Assembly: GCF_001457595.1 (NCBI RefSeq)
Contig: NZ_LN831039.1
Location: forward strand, 6,450,001 to 6,482,000
Direction of reading: 5' to 3'
Length of the DNA stretch: 32,000 nucleotides
From: Mycolicibacterium smegmatis
GTDB taxonomy: Bacteria; Actinomycetota; Actinomycetes; Mycobacteriales; Mycobacteriaceae
Part shown: one piece after another, positions 1 to 11,315 of the stretch
Layout: the number at the start of each line of letters is the position of its first letter
Position numbering within the stretch: the first letter of the stretch is position 1
The notes under the pieces: model-generated
Databases searched by the model: none
The model's input: only the letters and a program-made list of their open reading frames with translations
What the model was told of the DNA's origin: nothing
Translations under genes and position numbers: made by a program

Positions 1-58
1 CGCGGCGTCCCCGAACCCCGCTTCGGCGCCTGATCACTTCACAGTCAAGGACATCGGT

Positions 59-1390
59 ATGAAAATCGGCTCACGCAGGGTCTCGCTGCGCAACACGCAC
101 AAGTACTCCTGGGTCTCGCTCGGTGTGTGCTGGCTGATCTGGGTGCTCAACGCCTACGACCGCGAGATCATCCTGCGGCTCGGCCCCACCATCTCCGAGC
201 ACTTCGACTTCAGCCCCGACACCTGGGGTGCCATCGCATCGCTCATCATGATCTCGCTCGCGGTGCTGGCCATCCCGGGTTCCACGCTCAGCGACCGGTA
301 CGGCGGCGGCTGGAAACGTGCCCGCTTCCAGGTTCCGCTCGTGATCGGTTACACCGCACTGTCTTTCGTCTCCGGACTGAAGGCCGTCAGCTCGCACGCC
401 GCGGCGTTCATCGCGCTGCGCGTCGGGGTCAACCTCGGCGCAGGCTGGGGTGAACCGGTCGGCGTCAGCAACACCGCCGAGTGGTGGCCCAAGGAGCGAC
501 GCGGCTTCGCACTGGGCGCCCACCACACCGGCTATCCGGTCGGATCGCTGCTCAGCGGCCTGGCGGCAGCCGCGGTGATAGCCGCGTTCGGCCCCGAGAA
601 CTGGTCGTATGCATTGTTCCTCGGCCTGATCGTCGCGGTGCCGCTCATGATCTTCTGGGGCCGCTACTCGACCGCGGAGCGCATCAGCACCCTCTACGAG
701 GACATCGCCGCCAAGGGACTCACCCCGCCCGAGGGTGACGAGGCACGGGCGGCCTCCGGCGGAAAGGGCCTGATCGGGGCGTGCTTCAAGATCCGCAGCA
801 TCAATCTCACCGCGCTCACGACGCTGCTCACCCAGGTCGTCTACATGGGCATCAACGTCGTGCTGCCCGCCTACCTGTACAACGTCGTCGGGTTGTCGCT
901 GGCCGAATCGGCCGGGCTGAGCGTCGTGTTCGCCTTCACCGGCGTCCTGGGGCAGATCTTGTGGCCCACGCTGTCCGACGTCATCGGCCGCAAGTCCACG
1001 ATCATGATCTGTGGCATCTGGATGGCCATCAGCGTCGCATGCTTCTACTTCGCGACGTCGTCAGTGCTCGTCGTCGTGATCCAACTGGCGTTCGGTGTGG
1101 TCGCCAACGCCGTGTGGCCCATCTACTACGCCGCAGCGTCCGACGCCGCACCCGAGGGCGCCGTGTCGACGGCCAACGGGATCATCACCACGGCGATGTT
1201 CATCGGCGGCGGCATCGCCCCGCTGCTCATGGGCAGGCTGATCGCCGTCGGCGGCGGCTGGGAGGCCCACCGCGGCTACATCATCTGCTTCTTCGTGATG
1301 TCGGCCTGCGCGCTGGCCGGCGCACTGCTCCAGATCTTCCTGCGCCGCCCGGCCATCGAGGAAGAGGAGCCCGTGCTCGCGTCTTCGTGA
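59..1390 (+). CDS. MFS transporter, multi-TM, 443 aa
   Basis: Long ORF with repeated hydrophobic segments, MFS-like 'GSTLSDRYGGGWKRAR' loop and 'LGAGWGEP' segment. AAGGA-type RBS upstream of ATG 59; stop TGA 1388-1390. Confidence 0.85.
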   Translation: MKIGSRRVSLRNTHKYSWVSLGVCWLIWVLNAYDREIILRLGPTISEHFDFSPDTWGAIASLIMISLAVLAIPGSTLSDRYGGGWKRARFQVPLVIGYTALSFVSGLKAVSSHAAAFIALRVGVNLGAGWGEPVGVSNTAEWWPKERRGFALGAHHTGYPVGSLLSGLAAAAVIAAFGPENWSYALFLGLIVAVPLMIFWGRYSTAERISTLYEDIAAKGLTPPEGDEARAASGGKGLIGACFKIRSINLTALTTLLTQVVYMGINVVLPAYLYNVVGLSLAESAGLSVVFAFTGVLGQILWPTLSDVIGRKSTIMICGIWMAISVACFYFATSSVLVVVIQLAFGVVANAVWPIYYAAASDAAPEGAVSTANGIITTAMFIGGGIAPLLMGRLIAVGGGWEAHRGYIICFFVMSACALAGALLQIFLRRPAIEEEEPVLASS

Positions 1391-1410
1391 CCTCTGACAT
1401 CCGGGAGCGA

Positions 1411-1725
1411 TCAGTCCGTTCCTCCGACGGAACTGTCGAGGGCTCCGCCGGCTTCGTGATCCCGTCGTTCGTAGACATCGGCGGCAGTTCGCAGCCTGTC
1501 CCTGAGGCCTGTCAGATCGGTGCGTAACCGTTCTGCCTGAGAATGAGCGATGTCCACGAACTTGGCGAAACCTGGGGTGCCGGCTTCTTTCCACGCCGTC
1601 GTCTGGCCCGAGATGCCGTCAGCCATCGCCGTACGGCTGGACGAGGCCTCATGCGCAACCACGTCCATCTGGTCGGCCGAGCGGCGCACCTCGGCCGGCG
1701 TCACGTGTAGCTCAGGGTTCGTCAC
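1411..1725 (-). CDS. Small helical protein resembling the EspC/WXG100-like ESX secretion-associated family (104 aa)
   Basis: Starting at GTG 1725: (M)TNPELHVTPAEVRRSADQMDVVAHEASSSRTAMADGISGQTTAWKEAGTPGFAKFVD...AADVYERRDHEAGGALDSSVGGTD. RBS-like GGGGAGG just upstream; C-terminal YERRD fits YxxxD. The longer ORF to 1992 overlaps the lipoprotein gene and is not preferred. Family call from recalled sequence pattern. Confidence 0.75.
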   Translation of the reverse strand: MTNPELHVTPAEVRRSADQMDVVAHEASSSRTAMADGISGQTTAWKEAGTPGFAKFVDIAHSQAERLRTDLTGLRDRLRTAADVYERRDHEAGGALDSSVGGTD

Positions 1726-2351
1726 GATCCTCCCCTGCCCGTCGTTCTGGTGGGAACAGGTCCAGTTGTGGTCGGCAAGGGCGACGGCGCCGGTGTAGCG
1801 GTGGTGGCCGAACGGCGGCACTCGATTCTTCCGGCAATAACCGACGCTTCCGCAGTCCCGAATACAAGTGTCCGCCCGTCGTCGCTGCTGAACCGCACGT
1901 CGTGATTCCGACTGGCGTTCGCCATCACCGTGACGGTTCCCAGACCGGACTCCCTGGTCAGCCTCTCCACTACCGGGAATGCCGCTGCCCACTCGTCATC
2001 GGTGAGTGGGGCATCTGAGATGAGATTCTGTGTAGCCAGCGAAACGCCGCGGAGGCCACTTTCTTTCTGTACACATCCTGATCGAGATTCTTCACGGTTC
2101 CACCGCCAGGGTTGAGTCGCCGGTGCAAGCCGGGAAACTTCGTCACGCACCCGCTCCATCAGGTCCAACATTTCAATCCTGGAGTGCTCAATATCAGGGA
2201 GATCGGTCAAGTTGGCCACAGGTACATCCTCATTCAGAATCGGCGAGTCATATCCGCCATCGCCGTTACCACCACCGCATGCTGCGGCCACCATCAGGAC
2301 CACACACGCCATTGCGCCTCGGATCCGTCTTGACGGGATTTGATTCGTCAA
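1722..2351 (-). CDS. Putative lipoprotein, possibly LppA-like (209 aa)
   Basis: N-terminal signal peptide with lipobox 'MACVVLMVAAAC|GGG'. TTG start at 2351 overlaps the upstream stop (TTGA), with an AGAGGACAGG-like RBS; its TGA overlaps the GTG of the next gene. Confidence 0.8.
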   Translation of the reverse strand: MTNQIPSRRIRGAMACVVLMVAAACGGGNGDGGYDSPILNEDVPVANLTDLPDIEHSRIEMLDLMERVRDEVSRLAPATQPWRWNREESRSGCVQKESGLRGVSLATQNLISDAPLTDDEWAAAFPVVERLTRESGLGTVTVMANASRNHDVRFSSDDGRTLVFGTAEASVIAGRIECRRSATTATPAPSPLPTTTGPVPTRTTGRGGS

Positions 2352-4171
2352 CGCACCAACCTGTCCTCTCCATTCGGGCCCGGGACATCTGCGAGCCCTG
2401 CGGCGATCACCGCCAGGTTGTACGCAGGAGTTCTCAACACCTTCTCACCGCTTGGTAGTTCGACCGGACGCGGGTAATCCGCGTGAGCAACGGCCCCCTC
2501 GCGTGATACTCCATCCGGCGTCACTGCAGCATCCGCCGACAACTGTTCCAACGGGAGCGTCAAGGGGTTGGGCCCGAACTGGCCAAGGTCCCCTGCTGAC
2601 GGCAGCGGTACGCCATTCCACGTGGGATCACCAGAAATCGGGTCGCCTGGCGCTGACATCACAAATGCACGGCCGTCGGCGAGAAACATGTCTGACTCAT
2701 CTCGGATCGGTGCCATAACCTCGATCGGCACCCCTCGCGGAGAGATGTAGGTCTCGGTCGAGTCAGTGTGGCCGAGACCAGGCGAGCCGTAGAAAGCGGC
2801 ATCGTCGACGACGCCGGTTTCGCCGAGCTCATAGAGGGCCTGGGCTGTGGTCAACGAACCATACGAATGACCGAAAGCCGACAAGTGGACGTCTGAGCCG
2901 TGTTCGTTCGTTGCGTTGATTCCACGATAGAAGTCGGCGAGATCCGGCGCAGCCTCGTTCGCTCTACGCTCGAAGCCGGCTTCCGCGACCGAAATATCGG
3001 TTCCGGGCGGCTCGTAGCCAAGCCACGCAATTGTGGCGACCTGCTCACCACTCCGTCCGGCCCGGTCGAGTTGCGTCTGAGCCTCCTGACGTAGGGCATC
3101 GGCTTCACTCACCATGCCACCCAGGCTTTCGGGCCTTGTACCGACGCCAGGTGTCGTCACGGTGACGTGTTCAGCCGTGTCCGGATTGCCTACGGCTATG
3201 GCAGCTCGCGGCTCGCGATCCTCCGGGAACTCCAGCAGCATCAGATACTTGTTCGGGTCATACTTCCCATCAACGGACAGGGCATCTTTCATCGCTTTGG
3301 CATCGTCGAGACGCCCTTGCCGCTCGAACATCATCTTGTTGTACGCGGCGTTCAACTGTGCACCGTTCCATCCTGGATGCTCCCGCCGGAACTCATCTCG
3401 GCTCGGCATCGCGTCGACGGCGGCTTGCGCCTCAGCGAGTTCCCGATCCAACGCTGCCTTGTTCACTTCACTGCGCACCGCCACGGGGACCCCATCCCGA
3501 TTTCCGATCCAGTCCGGGTGCTCGGAAATGACCTTGGCCTGTTCCTCTTCGGAAAGTGCGTTCCACCAGGCATTCACATTCTCGGGGCTTACGCCTTCAC
3601 CTTCCGGCGGGTAGGGAGCGGACAATCCTGACTGTTCGCGGCCCATCTCTTGCGCCGAAGCGAAATCGGAGGAGCCGCGCGCCGTTACGTCACCATTTTC
3701 GATGTGGCCGAACACCTCTGCACAGTCGGCATCGATGTCCTCTGCCTGATGGATCAGTGCCTTTGCGCGGGCTTCGATGTTCTCCGCGATGTGCTTCAGT
3801 TGTTCACGGTCGTCCGGCGACCCGCCGATCGTGACATCGCCGTTGTCCGCGAGGTGGAGCAACCCGCCCTGCGCGGCGACGTCTGCGCGGACGGCCTCGA
3901 GTTGGGATTGAAGCTTCGCGACTGCCGCCGCTGTTTCATCGGCGAGTTGAGCGACAGCTCCGATCACCGCCGCGTCGTCCAAGACGTTCGCCTTGGCCGT
4001 CCCGATACGCCCCCTGGCTGCGTCTGCGGCAGGAGAGTCCCAGCCCGGCAGCCTGGAGATCAACTCCAAGTCGGTCGCGACGCCCTCGATCGTCCTGAGC
4101 TCGTCACGCAACTCGAAAGCGATGGACTGCAATGCGCCCACGTTCCACGAGTCGATGTCGCTCAGTTGCAC
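2348..4171 (-). CDS. Alpha/beta hydrolase of DUF1023/Abhydrolase_8 type with N-terminal WXG100-like helical region (607 aa)
   Basis: GTG start 4171 with GGGGGAT upstream. N-terminus 'LPGWDSPAADAARGRI' followed by a long helical stretch. C-terminal half has nucleophile elbow 'FGHSYGS' followed by 'FYGSPG' and 'MSAPGDPIS', typical of the family. Confidence 0.8.
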   Translation of the reverse strand: MQLSDIDSWNVGALQSIAFELRDELRTIEGVATDLELISRLPGWDSPAADAARGRIGTAKANVLDDAAVIGAVAQLADETAAAVAKLQSQLEAVRADVAAQGGLLHLADNGDVTIGGSPDDREQLKHIAENIEARAKALIHQAEDIDADCAEVFGHIENGDVTARGSSDFASAQEMGREQSGLSAPYPPEGEGVSPENVNAWWNALSEEEQAKVISEHPDWIGNRDGVPVAVRSEVNKAALDRELAEAQAAVDAMPSRDEFRREHPGWNGAQLNAAYNKMMFERQGRLDDAKAMKDALSVDGKYDPNKYLMLLEFPEDREPRAAIAVGNPDTAEHVTVTTPGVGTRPESLGGMVSEADALRQEAQTQLDRAGRSGEQVATIAWLGYEPPGTDISVAEAGFERRANEAAPDLADFYRGINATNEHGSDVHLSAFGHSYGSLTTAQALYELGETGVVDDAAFYGSPGLGHTDSTETYISPRGVPIEVMAPIRDESDMFLADGRAFVMSAPGDPISGDPTWNGVPLPSAGDLGQFGPNPLTLPLEQLSADAAVTPDGVSREGAVAHADYPRPVELPSGEKVLRTPAYNLAVIAAGLADVPGPNGEDRLVR

Positions 4172-4352
4172 CCGATCCCCCTGGCATCACGTCAGGAAAT
4201 ATCTTATCCGCGCGTTTGCTGGCCCCATGCACCAAGTTCGCCGCCAGGTGAAGCTGCTCGAAACCGCGCCGAGAGGGACGAAAATGTCGTCCACAAACGC
4301 TGTGAACAGCATTTACGTCGATTTCGGCGGGTAAGACGACAGGTTGCGGGCA

Positions 4353-5759
4353 ATGGGCGCGGTACCCTCACTGACGATGTCAACGACCGAGTTTCCGACC
4401 ACCACCAAGCGCCTGATGGGCTGGGGGCGCACCGCGCCGACCGTCGCTTCGGTGCTCTCGACCAGCGACCCCGAGGTCATCGTCCGCGCTGTCACACGGG
4501 CAGCCGAAGAGGGTGGTCGTGGCGTCATCGCACGCGGGCTCGGACGCTCGTACGGGGACAACGCGCAGAACGGTGGCGGGCTGGTGATCGACATGCCCGC
4601 GCTCAACCGCATCCACTCGATCGACTCGGGCACCCGGCTGGTCGACGTCGACGCCGGGGTGAGCCTGGACCAGTTGATGAAAGCCGCGCTGCCCCACGGC
4701 TTGTGGGTTCCTGTGCTGCCCGGCACGCGCCAGGTCACGGTCGGCGGCGCGATCGGCTGCGACATCCACGGCAAGAACCACCACAGCGCAGGCAGTTTCG
4801 GCAACCACGTGCGTTCGATGGAACTGCTCACAGCCAACGGCGAGGTGCGCCACCTGACCCCCACGGGAGCGGACTCGGACCTGTTCTGGGCGACCGTCGG
4901 CGGCAACGGCCTGACCGGCATCATCCTGCGCGCCACGATCGAGATGACGCCGACGGAGACCGCGTACTTCATCGCCGACGGCGACGTCACGGGCAGCCTC
5001 GACGAGACCATCGCGTTCCACAGCGACGGCAGCGAGGCGAACTACACGTACTCGAGCGCGTGGTTCGACGCGATCAGCAAGCCGCCGAAACTCGGCCGCG
5101 CCGCGATATCGCGCGGGTCCCTGGCCAAGCTCGACCAGTTGCCACCCAAGCTGCAGAAGGATCCACTGAAATTCGATGCGCCGCAACTGCTCACGTTGCC
5201 GGACATCTTCCCGAACGGCCTGGCCAACAAGTTCACGTTCATGCCGATCGGCGAGCTGTGGTACCGCAAGTCGGGTACGTACCGCAACAAGGTGCAGAAC
5301 CTGACGCAGTTCTACCATCCGCTCGACATGTTCGGTGAGTGGAACCGCGCCTACGGTTCGGCGGGTTTCCTGCAGTACCAGTTCGTGGTCCCCACCGAGG
5401 CCGTCGACGAGTTCAAGAGCATCATCGTCGACATCCAGCGGTCCGGGCACTACTCGTTCCTCAACGTGTTCAAGCTGTTCGGCCCGGGCAACCAGGCGCC
5501 GCTGAGCTTCCCGATCCCGGGCTGGAACGTGTGCGTGGACTTCCCGATCAAGGCGGGACTTCACGAGTTCGTCACCGAACTCGACAGGCGCGTACTGGAG
5601 TTCGGTGGCAGGCTGTACACGGCGAAGGACTCGCGCACCACGGCCGAGACCTTCCACGCGATGTACCCGCGCATCGACGAGTGGATCAGGATCCGCCGCA
5701 GCGTGGACCCGGACGGCGTCTTCGCGTCCGACATGGCCAGGCGCCTGCAACTGCTCTGA
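4353..5759 (+). CDS. dprE1: Decaprenylphosphoryl-beta-D-ribose 2'-oxidase, flavoprotein subunit DprE1 (468 aa)
   Basis: FAD-binding segments '[16 protein letters not shown]' and '[19 protein letters not shown]'. '[14 protein letters not shown]' contains the benzothiazinone-target Cys, at codon 394 counted from ATG 4353. Alternative start ATG at 4377. Confidence 0.97.
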   Translation: MGAVPSLTMSTTEFPTTTKRLMGWGRTAPTVASVLSTSDPEVIVRAVTRAAEEGGRGVIARGLGRSYGDNAQNGGGLVIDMPALNRIHSIDSGTRLVDVDAGVSLDQLMKAALPHGLWVPVLPGTRQVTVGGAIGCDIHGKNHHSAGSFGNHVRSMELLTANGEVRHLTPTGADSDLFWATVGGNGLTGIILRATIEMTPTETAYFIADGDVTGSLDETIAFHSDGSEANYTYSSAWFDAISKPPKLGRAAISRGSLAKLDQLPPKLQKDPLKFDAPQLLTLPDIFPNGLANKFTFMPIGELWYRKSGTYRNKVQNLTQFYHPLDMFGEWNRAYGSAGFLQYQFVVPTEAVDEFKSIIVDIQRSGHYSFLNVFKLFGPGNQAPLSFPIPGWNVCVDFPIKAGLHEFVTELDRRVLEFGGRLYTAKDSRTTAETFHAMYPRIDEWIRIRRSVDPDGVFASDMARRLQLL

Positions 5760-5784
5760 CAGGCGCGAACGCGGCGAGAACTTT

Positions 5785-5823
5785 ATTCTTGACTAATTCC
5801 AGAAAAGCAGTAGCCTTCTGGTC
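5785..5823 (+). promoter_or_regulatory. Putative furA promoter/FurA operator with leaderless start
   Basis: TTGACT (5789-5794), 16-nt spacer, TAGCCT (5811-5816), then GTG start at 5824. AT-rich 'TTGACTAATTCCAGAAAA' overlaps the core promoter. Confidence 0.65.
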
Positions 5824-6285
5824 GTGAACCACACGACCGACTTCGAGCAGCTGCTTCGAAGTGCCGGCATGCGGGTGACCCGTCCCCGCATCGCGGTGTT
5901 GCGGGCCGTGTACGCACACCCGCACGCCGATACCGACACGGTCATCCGCGCGGTGCGCGAGGACCTGCCCGAGGTGTCGCACCAGGCGGTCTACGACTCG
6001 CTGCACGCGCTGGATGCGGCGCGCCTGGTGCGCCGCATCCAGCCGTCAGGTTCGGTGGCGCGCTACGAATCTCGCGTCGGCGACAACCATCACCACGTGG
6101 TCTGCCGGACGTGCGGCGACATCGCCGACGTGGACTGCGCGGTCGGCGATGCCCCGTGCCTGGCCGCGTCAGACCACCACGGCTACGCCATCGACGAGGC
6201 CGAGGTCATCTACTGGGGCACGTGCCCGGCGTGCGCGCAGGACCCCCACCGTGCGCAAGCACCAACTTCCCGATCACACCCGTGA
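5824..6285 (+). CDS. furA: Fur-family transcriptional regulator FurA (153 aa)
   Basis: Winged-helix Fur domain, 'DNHHHVVCRTCGDIADVDC' metal-binding segment, immediately upstream of katG. Confidence 0.95.
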   Translation: MNHTTDFEQLLRSAGMRVTRPRIAVLRAVYAHPHADTDTVIRAVREDLPEVSHQAVYDSLHALDAARLVRRIQPSGSVARYESRVGDNHHHVVCRTCGDIADVDCAVGDAPCLAASDHHGYAIDEAEVIYWGTCPACAQDPHRAQAPTSRSHP

Positions 6286-8541
<2,256 letters not shown>

Positions 8542-8556
8542 CACACAACCACCTGG

Positions 8557-8590
8557 ACGCCCAGGCCGGCCTCACAGCCGGCCTGGGCGT
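8557..8590 (+). terminator. Strong stem-loop downstream of katG
   Basis: Perfect 14-bp inverted repeat ACGCCCAGGCCGGC (8557-8570) / GCCGGCCTGGGCGT (8577-8590) with 6-nt loop, 15 nt after the katG stop. No U-tract. Confidence 0.75.
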
Positions 8591-8626
8591 TCGGTCTCGA
8601 GCGCAAGGACCGCACTTTGCGCCGCA

Positions 8627-8647
8627 CGGTACCCTCGTCACGATGTC
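8627..8647 (+). promoter_or_regulatory. Possible dprE2 promoter element (TACCCT -10-like)
   Basis: CGGTACCCTC-gtc-ACGATGTC closely matches CGGTACCCTC-actg-ACGATGTC at the dprE1 5' end (4360-4381), and lies between the katG terminator and dprE2. Confidence 0.4.
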
Positions 8648-8670
8648 CCCGAGGCTTGGAGCTGCAGTAG

Positions 8671-9435
8671 ATGGTGTTCGACGCCGTAGGTAACCCCCAG
8701 ACGATCCTGCTGCTCGGCGGCACCTCCGAGATCGGGCTGGCAATCTGTGAGCGCTATCTGCGCAACGCATCCGCGCGCATCGTGCTGGCCGTGATGCCGG
8801 GAGATCCCGGCCGCGACGCGGCCGTGGAACAGATGCGCAAAGCCGGTGCGAGCGCGGTGGACGTGGTCGATTTCGACGCGCTCGACACCGAGAGCCACCC
8901 CGCGGTGATCGACCAGGCGTTCGCAGGCGGTGACGTGGATGTGGCGATCGTCGCATTCGGTCTGCTGGGTGACGCCGAGGAACTGTGGCAGAACCAGCGC
9001 AAGGCCGTGCAGATCGCCGGGGTCAACTACACCGCGGCGGTGTCGGTCGGCGTGCTGCTGGGCGAGAAGATGCGCGCACAGGGCTCCGGGCAGATCATCG
9101 CGATGAGCTCGGCGGCCGGTGAGCGCGTGCGCCGCTCCAACTTCGTCTACGGCTCCACCAAGGCCGGCCTGGACGGCTTCTACCTGGGCCTGGGCGAGGC
9201 CCTGCGCGAGTTCGGTGTGCGGGTGCTGGTGATCCGCCCCGGTCAGGTGCGCACCCGCATGAGCGCCCACGTCAAAGAGGCGCCGCTGACCGTGGACAAG
9301 GAGTACGTCGCCGAACTCGCGGTCACCGCGTCGGCGAAGGGCAAGGAACTGGTTTGGGCGCCAGGCGCATTCCGGTACGTGATGATGGTGTTGCGTCACA
9401 TCCCGCGACCCATCTTCCGCAAGCTCCCCATCTGA
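8671..9435 (+). CDS. dprE2: Decaprenylphosphoryl-2-keto-beta-D-erythro-pentose reductase DprE2 (254 aa)
   Basis: SDR fold: '[19 protein letters not shown]', '[26 protein letters not shown]'. Immediately upstream of aftA. Confidence 0.95.
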   Translation: MVFDAVGNPQTILLLGGTSEIGLAICERYLRNASARIVLAVMPGDPGRDAAVEQMRKAGASAVDVVDFDALDTESHPAVIDQAFAGGDVDVAIVAFGLLGDAEELWQNQRKAVQIAGVNYTAAVSVGVLLGEKMRAQGSGQIIAMSSAAGERVRRSNFVYGSTKAGLDGFYLGLGEALREFGVRVLVIRPGQVRTRMSAHVKEAPLTVDKEYVAELAVTASAKGKELVWAPGAFRYVMMVLRHIPRPIFRKLPI

Positions 9436-11315
9436 TGCCGGTGGCGGCCAGGGTTCTCGGCCAGATGGTGCTCGCCGTGCTGATGGCCTCGGCCGTCGCC
9501 GGTGTGGCGATCGCGGCGATCGCCCGCGTCGAATGGCCCGCCTACAACACGTCCAACCAGCTGCACGCGCTCACCACGGTGGGCCAGTTCGGTTGCCTGG
9601 CAGGCCTGTTCGCAGCCGGACTGCTGTGGCGGCGCGGCCGCAGGACGCTGGCGCGCCTGGGTGCGCTGGCGTTCATCTCGGCGTTCTCGGTGGTGACGCT
9701 CGCGATGCCGCTGGGTGCGACAAAGCTGTACCTGTTCGGGGTCTCGGTCGATCAGCAGTTCCGCACCGAGTACCTCACCCGGCTCACCGACACGGCCGGT
9801 CTGCACGACATGACCTACATCGGCCTGCCGCCGTTCTACCCCGCGGGCTGGTTCTGGCTGGGCGGGCGGATCGCCGCGGCCACCGGCACGCCGGCGTGGG
9901 AGATGTTCAAACCCTGGTCGATCGTGTCGATCACGATCGCTGTGGCGCTCGCACTTGTGTTGTGGGCGGCCATGATCCGTTTCGAGTACGCACTCGTGGC
10001 GACCGCGGCGAGCACAGCGGCCATGCTGGCGTACGCCTCCACCGAGCCGTACGCGGCGATCATCACGGTGCTGATGCCGCCGGTGTTCGTGCTGGCCTGG
10101 GCCGGGCTGCGTGCCCGCACGCGCGGCGGCGGGTGGGCCGCGATCGTCGGCGTCGGCATCTTCCTGGGTGTAGCTGCGCTGTTCTACACACTGCTGCTGG
10201 TCTACGCGGCGTTCACGCTGACGATCATGGCGCTGTGCGTGGCGGTCGCCCGCAGGCACATCGACCCACTGCTGCGGCTCGCGGTGATCGCGGTGATCTC
10301 CGGGGCCATCGCGCTGCTCACGTGGGCCCCGTACCTACTGGCCGCGATGCGCGGCGAACCGGCCGATTCGGGAACCGCGCAGCACTACCTGCCCGACGCG
10401 GGCGCCGAACTGCACTTCCCGATGTTCAGCCTCACGCTGCACGGCGCGCTGTGCATGCTGGGCACCGTGTGGCTCGTGGTGCGGGCCCGCACCTCGACAC
10501 GCGCCGGGGCGCTCGCGGTGGCCGTGGTCGCGGTGTACGCGTGGTCACTGCTGTCGATGCTCACGACGCTTGCGGGCACCACGCTGCTGTCCTTCCGCCT
10601 CCAGCCCACGCTGACCGTGCTGCTCACCACAGCGGGTGCGTTCGGGTTCATCGAGGCCACACTCGCGATCGCCCACCGGTATCGGCCCGAGACGTCGCGC
10701 CGCGTCGTCGCCGCCGCGACCGCGGTGGGCGCGATCGGCGCCGTCACGTTCAGCCAGGACATCCCCGACGTGCTGCGACCCGACATCAACGTGGCCTACA
10801 CCGACACCGACGGCACCGGCCAGCGCGCCGACCGCAGGCCACCGGGCGCCGAGCGCTACTACCGCGAGATCGACGCCAAGATCCTCGAGGTCACCGGCGT
10901 CCCGCGTAACCAGACCGTGGTGCTCACGGCCGACTACAGCTTCCTGTCCTTCTACCCGTACTACGGCTTCCAAGGGCTCACGTCGCACTACGCCAACCCG
11001 CTCGCGCAGTTCGACAAGCGCGCCGCCGCGATCGAAGGCTGGGCGACCCTGGGCTCGGCCGATGACTTCGTCGCCGCACTCGACGAGCTGCCGTGGGAAC
11101 CGCCCACGGTGTTCCTGATGCGCCACGGCGCCAATGACACCTACACGCTGCGCCTGGCATCCGACGTGTATCCCAACCAGCCCAACGTGCGGCGCTATCA
11201 CGTCGAACTGGACTCTGCGGTGTTCGACGATCCGCGGTTCGAGGTGTCCGACCACGGTCCGTTCGTGCTCGCGATCAGGAAACCCGGGGGAAAGCCGGAG
11301 ACCGATGGCCACTGA
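9435..11315 (+). CDS. aftA: Galactan 5-O-arabinofuranosyltransferase AftA (626 aa)
   Basis: Multi-TM GT-C-type protein. ATG 9435 overlaps dprE2 stop (TGATG). Synteny dprE2-aftA-embC. The ORF-track start 9354 lies inside dprE2 and is not preferred. Confidence 0.92.
   Translation: MPVAARVLGQMVLAVLMASAVAGVAIAAIARVEWPAYNTSNQLHALTTVGQFGCLAGLFAAGLLWRRGRRTLARLGALAFISAFSVVTLAMPLGATKLYLFGVSVDQQFRTEYLTRLTDTAGLHDMTYIGLPPFYPAGWFWLGGRIAAATGTPAWEMFKPWSIVSITIAVALALVLWAAMIRFEYALVATAASTAAMLAYASTEPYAAIITVLMPPVFVLAWAGLRARTRGGGWAAIVGVGIFLGVAALFYTLLLVYAAFTLTIMALCVAVARRHIDPLLRLAVIAVISGAIALLTWAPYLLAAMRGEPADSGTAQHYLPDAGAELHFPMFSLTLHGALCMLGTVWLVVRARTSTRAGALAVAVVAVYAWSLLSMLTTLAGTTLLSFRLQPTLTVLLTTAGAFGFIEATLAIAHRYRPETSRRVVAAATAVGAIGAVTFSQDIPDVLRPDINVAYTDTDGTGQRADRRPPGAERYYREIDAKILEVTGVPRNQTVVLTADYSFLSFYPYYGFQGLTSHYANPLAQFDKRAAAIEGWATLGSADDFVAALDELPWEPPTVFLMRHGANDTYTLRLASDVYPNQPNVRRYHVELDSAVFDDPRFEVSDHGPFVLAIRKPGGKPETDGH

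Noticed and set aside
1726-1992. N-terminal extension of the EspC-like ORF
   Set aside because: Lies entirely within the lipoprotein gene. The GTG at 1725 has an RBS and a 4-bp overlap typical of coupled genes.
3650-5338. 562-aa +strand ORF spanning the hydrolase gene and dprE1
   Set aside because: Crosses two well-supported genes on opposite strands; its second half is a +1 shadow of dprE1.
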